A stretch of 64,000 bases of DNA, taken from Amoebophrya sp. A120 (lineage: Eukaryota; Protista; Dinoflagellata). A program made the position numbers and the translations under genes. The stretch lies in the NCBI GenBank assembly GCA_905178155.1, contig CAJINV010000025.1:272944-336943 (forward strand), read 5' to 3'. Of the stretch, positions 61,501-64,000 are shown piece after piece. The notes under the pieces were generated by a model. It worked only from the letters and a program-made list of their open reading frames with translations. It did no database searches and was not told where the DNA came from. How positions within the stretch are numbered: the stretch's first letter is position 1; each line of letters starts with the position of its first letter.

Positions 61501-63421
61501 GCCACATGTTGTTGTGGGCTAGCTGAACGAGTTATATGCCGCTTGTCGCGAACGAGGCTGAAGCTGCGGCGCGTAGCCGAGCTGCTTGCGCGGTCTTTTA
61601 ATTTGACGGGCGCCGTGGCAGCGCGAAGCGCACCCGGCTGCCGAGCTGATTTTGCGTTGTTTTGGGCCCTGGGCGAAACGGGCTGACCTGTTTCAAACGG
61701 GCTGACCTGATTCGTCCGGGCCCGTGCTGTGTAATCGGTAACCCAGTACGGTGTGAATGGGCACCCCCGCAAAACCTACATTTGTATAAAAAATGCACAA
61801 AGTCGCTGTTTTCCAATAGCATAAATTTTATGCAGGTGCCGGTTTGTACGGAGGGTCCCGGACTTTCCGGCGGCTCCGTTTCAACTGTTACACATGCAAT
61901 ACAGATTTTATGTAGATTCCAAAAGTAGCATCACAAGTTCCATTCTTCCAGACCCAGACATTTTTGCATTTGATATGAGATTGTGGGCCACTCCGTGTCT
62001 GTCGAATCGCAAGATGAAAGTCAAGTGTATCTTCGTGCTGCTGCCACCGAGGAAACGAAGAAGGAAGACGAACAAAAATCGCAAGCAGTCGCCGAGAGCA
62101 TCATGATAGGGAGCACTACTTCTGATCCACAGGAGAACGAGATGTTGAAGCACGACAATTCTGTTAGTGAGGAAGTCGAACCACTTCTGCAGCACCCGCG
62201 ATCCAGCACTTTTGGCGCGCCGGAGGAGGAATTCAAGCGAGTTTTACGGAAAAGCACCTTCACGCCGGATATGGCGTTCTCAACTGTCACATTCTCAACT
62301 GTTACATGAATTTGTCATGCAAAATTGCCATCAGCCTCCACTTAATCAAGGTGCTTAGCATGACAAATTGTCGAAAGGCTAAACAGCATGATAATCTGTG
62401 GCAAATCTGTGATGCGAAAGCTGCAAGGTTGCCACTTTCACTTTTGCTGTTCTTGCATTACAAGTCCATGTAACAGTTGAGAATGTAGCGTTTGAGAACG
62501 CCATACCGGAAAGAATTCACTTGGAGCCTTTCGCGATCGACCGGCGATTATCCTGTGTAGAAATCGATAGACATACCCACCTACTTACCAGATCTTTTAT
62601 GCAACTTTTCATCGATCCAGGATGTGGATCGATAGGTGCTGTGTCTCAACGCTCGGCTCTTCTCCAAAAAGAGAGGGATACATAGTATTCGACGAGTCAA
62701 TATTAATTTTGGCAATATGTCAACATGGTCCAAGTGACAGAATCGTGAGCAAGTGGCTTTTTACTGAAGATGCTGCCAAGAGAACTACCCTTTGCGGATT
62801 TGTCTAGCTGCAGAGTTGGTAGCTCCACGTTGTTATTCTTGTTTGTCATGCTTATTGTAAAGTTCCTATGTGTAATAAGTTGTACTAGCCGCTTGAAGAT
62901 TTGTGTACCAGACGCAGACCTCCCATTTTGCCTGCGGGTTGTAAGTAGTTGAAAGTAAGTACTAGGGGCCCGGGTACAACTTCGATTTTTATACAGGATA
63001 GAGCTTGGAGAGAAACATCGGCGCACCCATCGCTCACTTGAGTCCCGGGTACGCAGCCGTCGTGGCGGATTTCTTTATGGAAAACTATCAAAATGAAAAA
63101 TCCCCCCTCCCCATATCAAAACGGAAATCTGTGATGCGGAATTTCTGTACACAAAACAAATTTGTCTTGCAATAGAGCACTGCACGCAGATCGCAAGCCT
63201 AGGCAGGGGCCTCCTGCTGTAAGCGCCTAGCATGGCAGACGTCTGCCCTGTAGGCCTTATGGCATTACAAATCGCCTACATAACGCGGCGGACAGCCTGA
63301 GTTTGCCTTCTTGTAAGACAGAGCGGATTTGTGGCCACAAATGTGCATCGCAAATTTTCAGGAGGGAGCGTTTTCAACATGGGGAGAGGGGATTTTTCCT
63401 TGCAAGAAAAACGAAGTTTAG
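40597..63421 (+). CDS. Large endonuclease/exonuclease/phosphatase (EEP, sphingomyelinase-like) domain protein, about 27 introners, spans a gap
   Basis: Motifs rebuilt across introners: VKLLSYNL, FDFLCLQEV, DAGLLLFSKYPI, GALYAKI, RHDQI, LILTGDFN. Introners at 40822-41063, 41424-41686, 42326-42590, 42791-43042, 43089-43240, 43403-43668, 43718-43982, 44173-44447, 44504-44653, 45251-45516, 45705-45956, 45996-46255, 46892-47162, 48110-48372, 48411-48680, 48787-49066, 49104-50404, 50686-58419, 58474-58766, 58918-59185, 59281-59430, 59463-gap, gap-60760, 60843-61975, 62270-62505, 62549-63000, 63086-63407. Continuity across the gap is assumed. Confidence 0.7.
42791..43042. mobile_element. Introner, family I (TATxACCTGCTCA..GTTACAATCTCAAACGTTACAAT)
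   Basis: Long TIRs, DR AAGCT/AAGCT. Confidence 0.85.
49104..50404. mobile_element. Family B introner hosting a 1150-bp transposon
   Basis: Halves 49104-49150 and 50301-50404 rejoin to a normal family B element; DR GCAGA/ACAGA. Confidence 0.88.
49151..50300 (+). mobile_element. Non-autonomous Ginger-like transposon
   Basis: TGCAG...CTGCA ends, TGCA TSD; both termini and the ATCAYGTGAT subterminal repeats are homologous (inverted) to 50803-58383. Confidence 0.85.
52309..55362 (-). CDS. OTU-like cysteine protease plus retroviral-type DDE integrase/transposase
   Basis: OTU motifs IEGNGNCCPLSIA and IRLEYDGRHYNA; H2C2 HLRSHGG...W.GL...VQACEAC; core FAWAGLDC / GVPDHLNIDKG / HPQSNGAAE; GPY/F module KIGERVLC...KFLGPFVV. 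Introns at about 54775-54934 and 53335-53491. True start lies further upstream. Confidence 0.88.
53335..53491. mobile_element. Family C introner inside the integrase gene
   Basis: TATCATCGAAAAATCCTCCCTCCCCATAT start, GGGGGGAGCGTCTTTTTCAGTTTCGTA end; removal of 162 nt gives NGAAESxNGQLKQQL. Confidence 0.8.
56000..57736 (-). CDS. Upstream spliced ORF of the transposon, unknown function, one in-frame TGA
   Basis: MAMEIVSVAG... joins across introner-like segments 57296-57453 and 56597-56775 and a GT-AG intron at about 56360-56508; TGA at 57277-57279. Confidence 0.45.
61026..61892. mobile_element. Non-coding insert (TGTAA...TTACA) nested in family A introner 60843-61975
   Basis: Host halves rejoin as GCTGTTCATGCAATACAG; CA or CATG duplicated. 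Confidence 0.7.
62549..63000. mobile_element. Introner with distinct TIR (TATCCTGTRTARAAATCGA), 452 bp
   Basis: TIRs; removal plus 5 nt keeps the frame. Confidence 0.75.
63086..63407. mobile_element. Introner, family C
   Basis: TIRs, DR AAAAC/AAAAC. Confidence 0.85.
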
Positions 63422-64000
63422 CTTGCTGAGACTAAGAATTTATATATCCAGCTTTGGAATTATAGCATGCAGAAGCAGAGAAGTGTATCTGCATAGTATC
63501 ATGGTGCACTCGTTGTATATTATGGTCCTCCGGACAAGGAGTTGATGATAAGTAAGTACTTATCAGAGTGCACTACAACTCGCGTTGTGCTTGTGCAGTT
63601 CCAGGCCTGAAAAACGGTTCACCCACTAGGCTACCACTTCCAGGCAAAGAAAAACGTCGACCAACATACTACGTTCTGTGCTCCTTGTTCCTCCTAGGAC
63701 AAAGATTTGATCCTGCCGTGCGCACGACGTCGACGCAAGACAAGAACCCACTGACTGCGGCTGGCGCCGTAACTTGTTATGGCCTTTCGCTAATGTGTGT
63801 TGCAGTTCTTACACATTCGTTGCAATAAATTTGGCAACGCAAGCCTGTCCGGCAAGATGAAAAAGAAAACTTGCAAGAGCAGTGCGGAGATCAACATAAA
63901 GGAAAGGGATCTGTAAAACACACATAACAAAACGAGGACCGTCTTTAGCTCTACCTGATCCAATCGTGGCGCTCGACATCACAGACCACGACCTTCTCGT

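Noticed and set aside
9309-61975. Recurrent short ORF peptides such as KCLGLE, MSGSGR, FQTQTFLHL
   Set aside because: Translations of family A TIRs, not a protein family.
1235-63005. Apparent excess of synonymous differences between the two DR copies (both copies coding?)
   Set aside because: Hand tally gave about 12 synonymous and 13 non-synonymous differences, compatible with one exonic and one free copy; two downstream copies would encode stops.

Overview
Eukaryotic genomic DNA (two N gaps: 33602-33890 and 59636-60246) with mostly co-oriented + strand genes cut into short exons by about 70 non-canonical introns. These introns are introner elements: 150-450 bp units with terminal inverted repeats starting TAT and ending ATA, flanked by 5-bp direct repeats (DR), in about 9 TIR families. 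This matches the architecture described for the parasitic dinoflagellate Amoebophrya (Syndiniales); the organism assignment is inference. Removing each element plus one DR copy rebuilds open frames for an AI-2E family transporter, a class I SAM methyltransferase, two tandem uridine phosphorylases, DUF285/BspA-like repeat proteins (3 copies plus a fragment), an androglobin/calpain-like fragment, and a roughly 23-kb EEP (sphingomyelinase-like) gene. The most notable structure is a 7.6-kb Ginger-like DDE-integrase transposon with an OTU domain (50803-58383) and a 1.15-kb non-autonomous relative (49151-50300). Both sit in a TGCA (4-bp TSD) inside family-B introners, and the transposon ORF is itself interrupted by introner-like introns. 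Other introners host a 107-bp palindromic satellite and further unexplained inserts. All gene models were assembled by eye and are not confirmed by RNA data.
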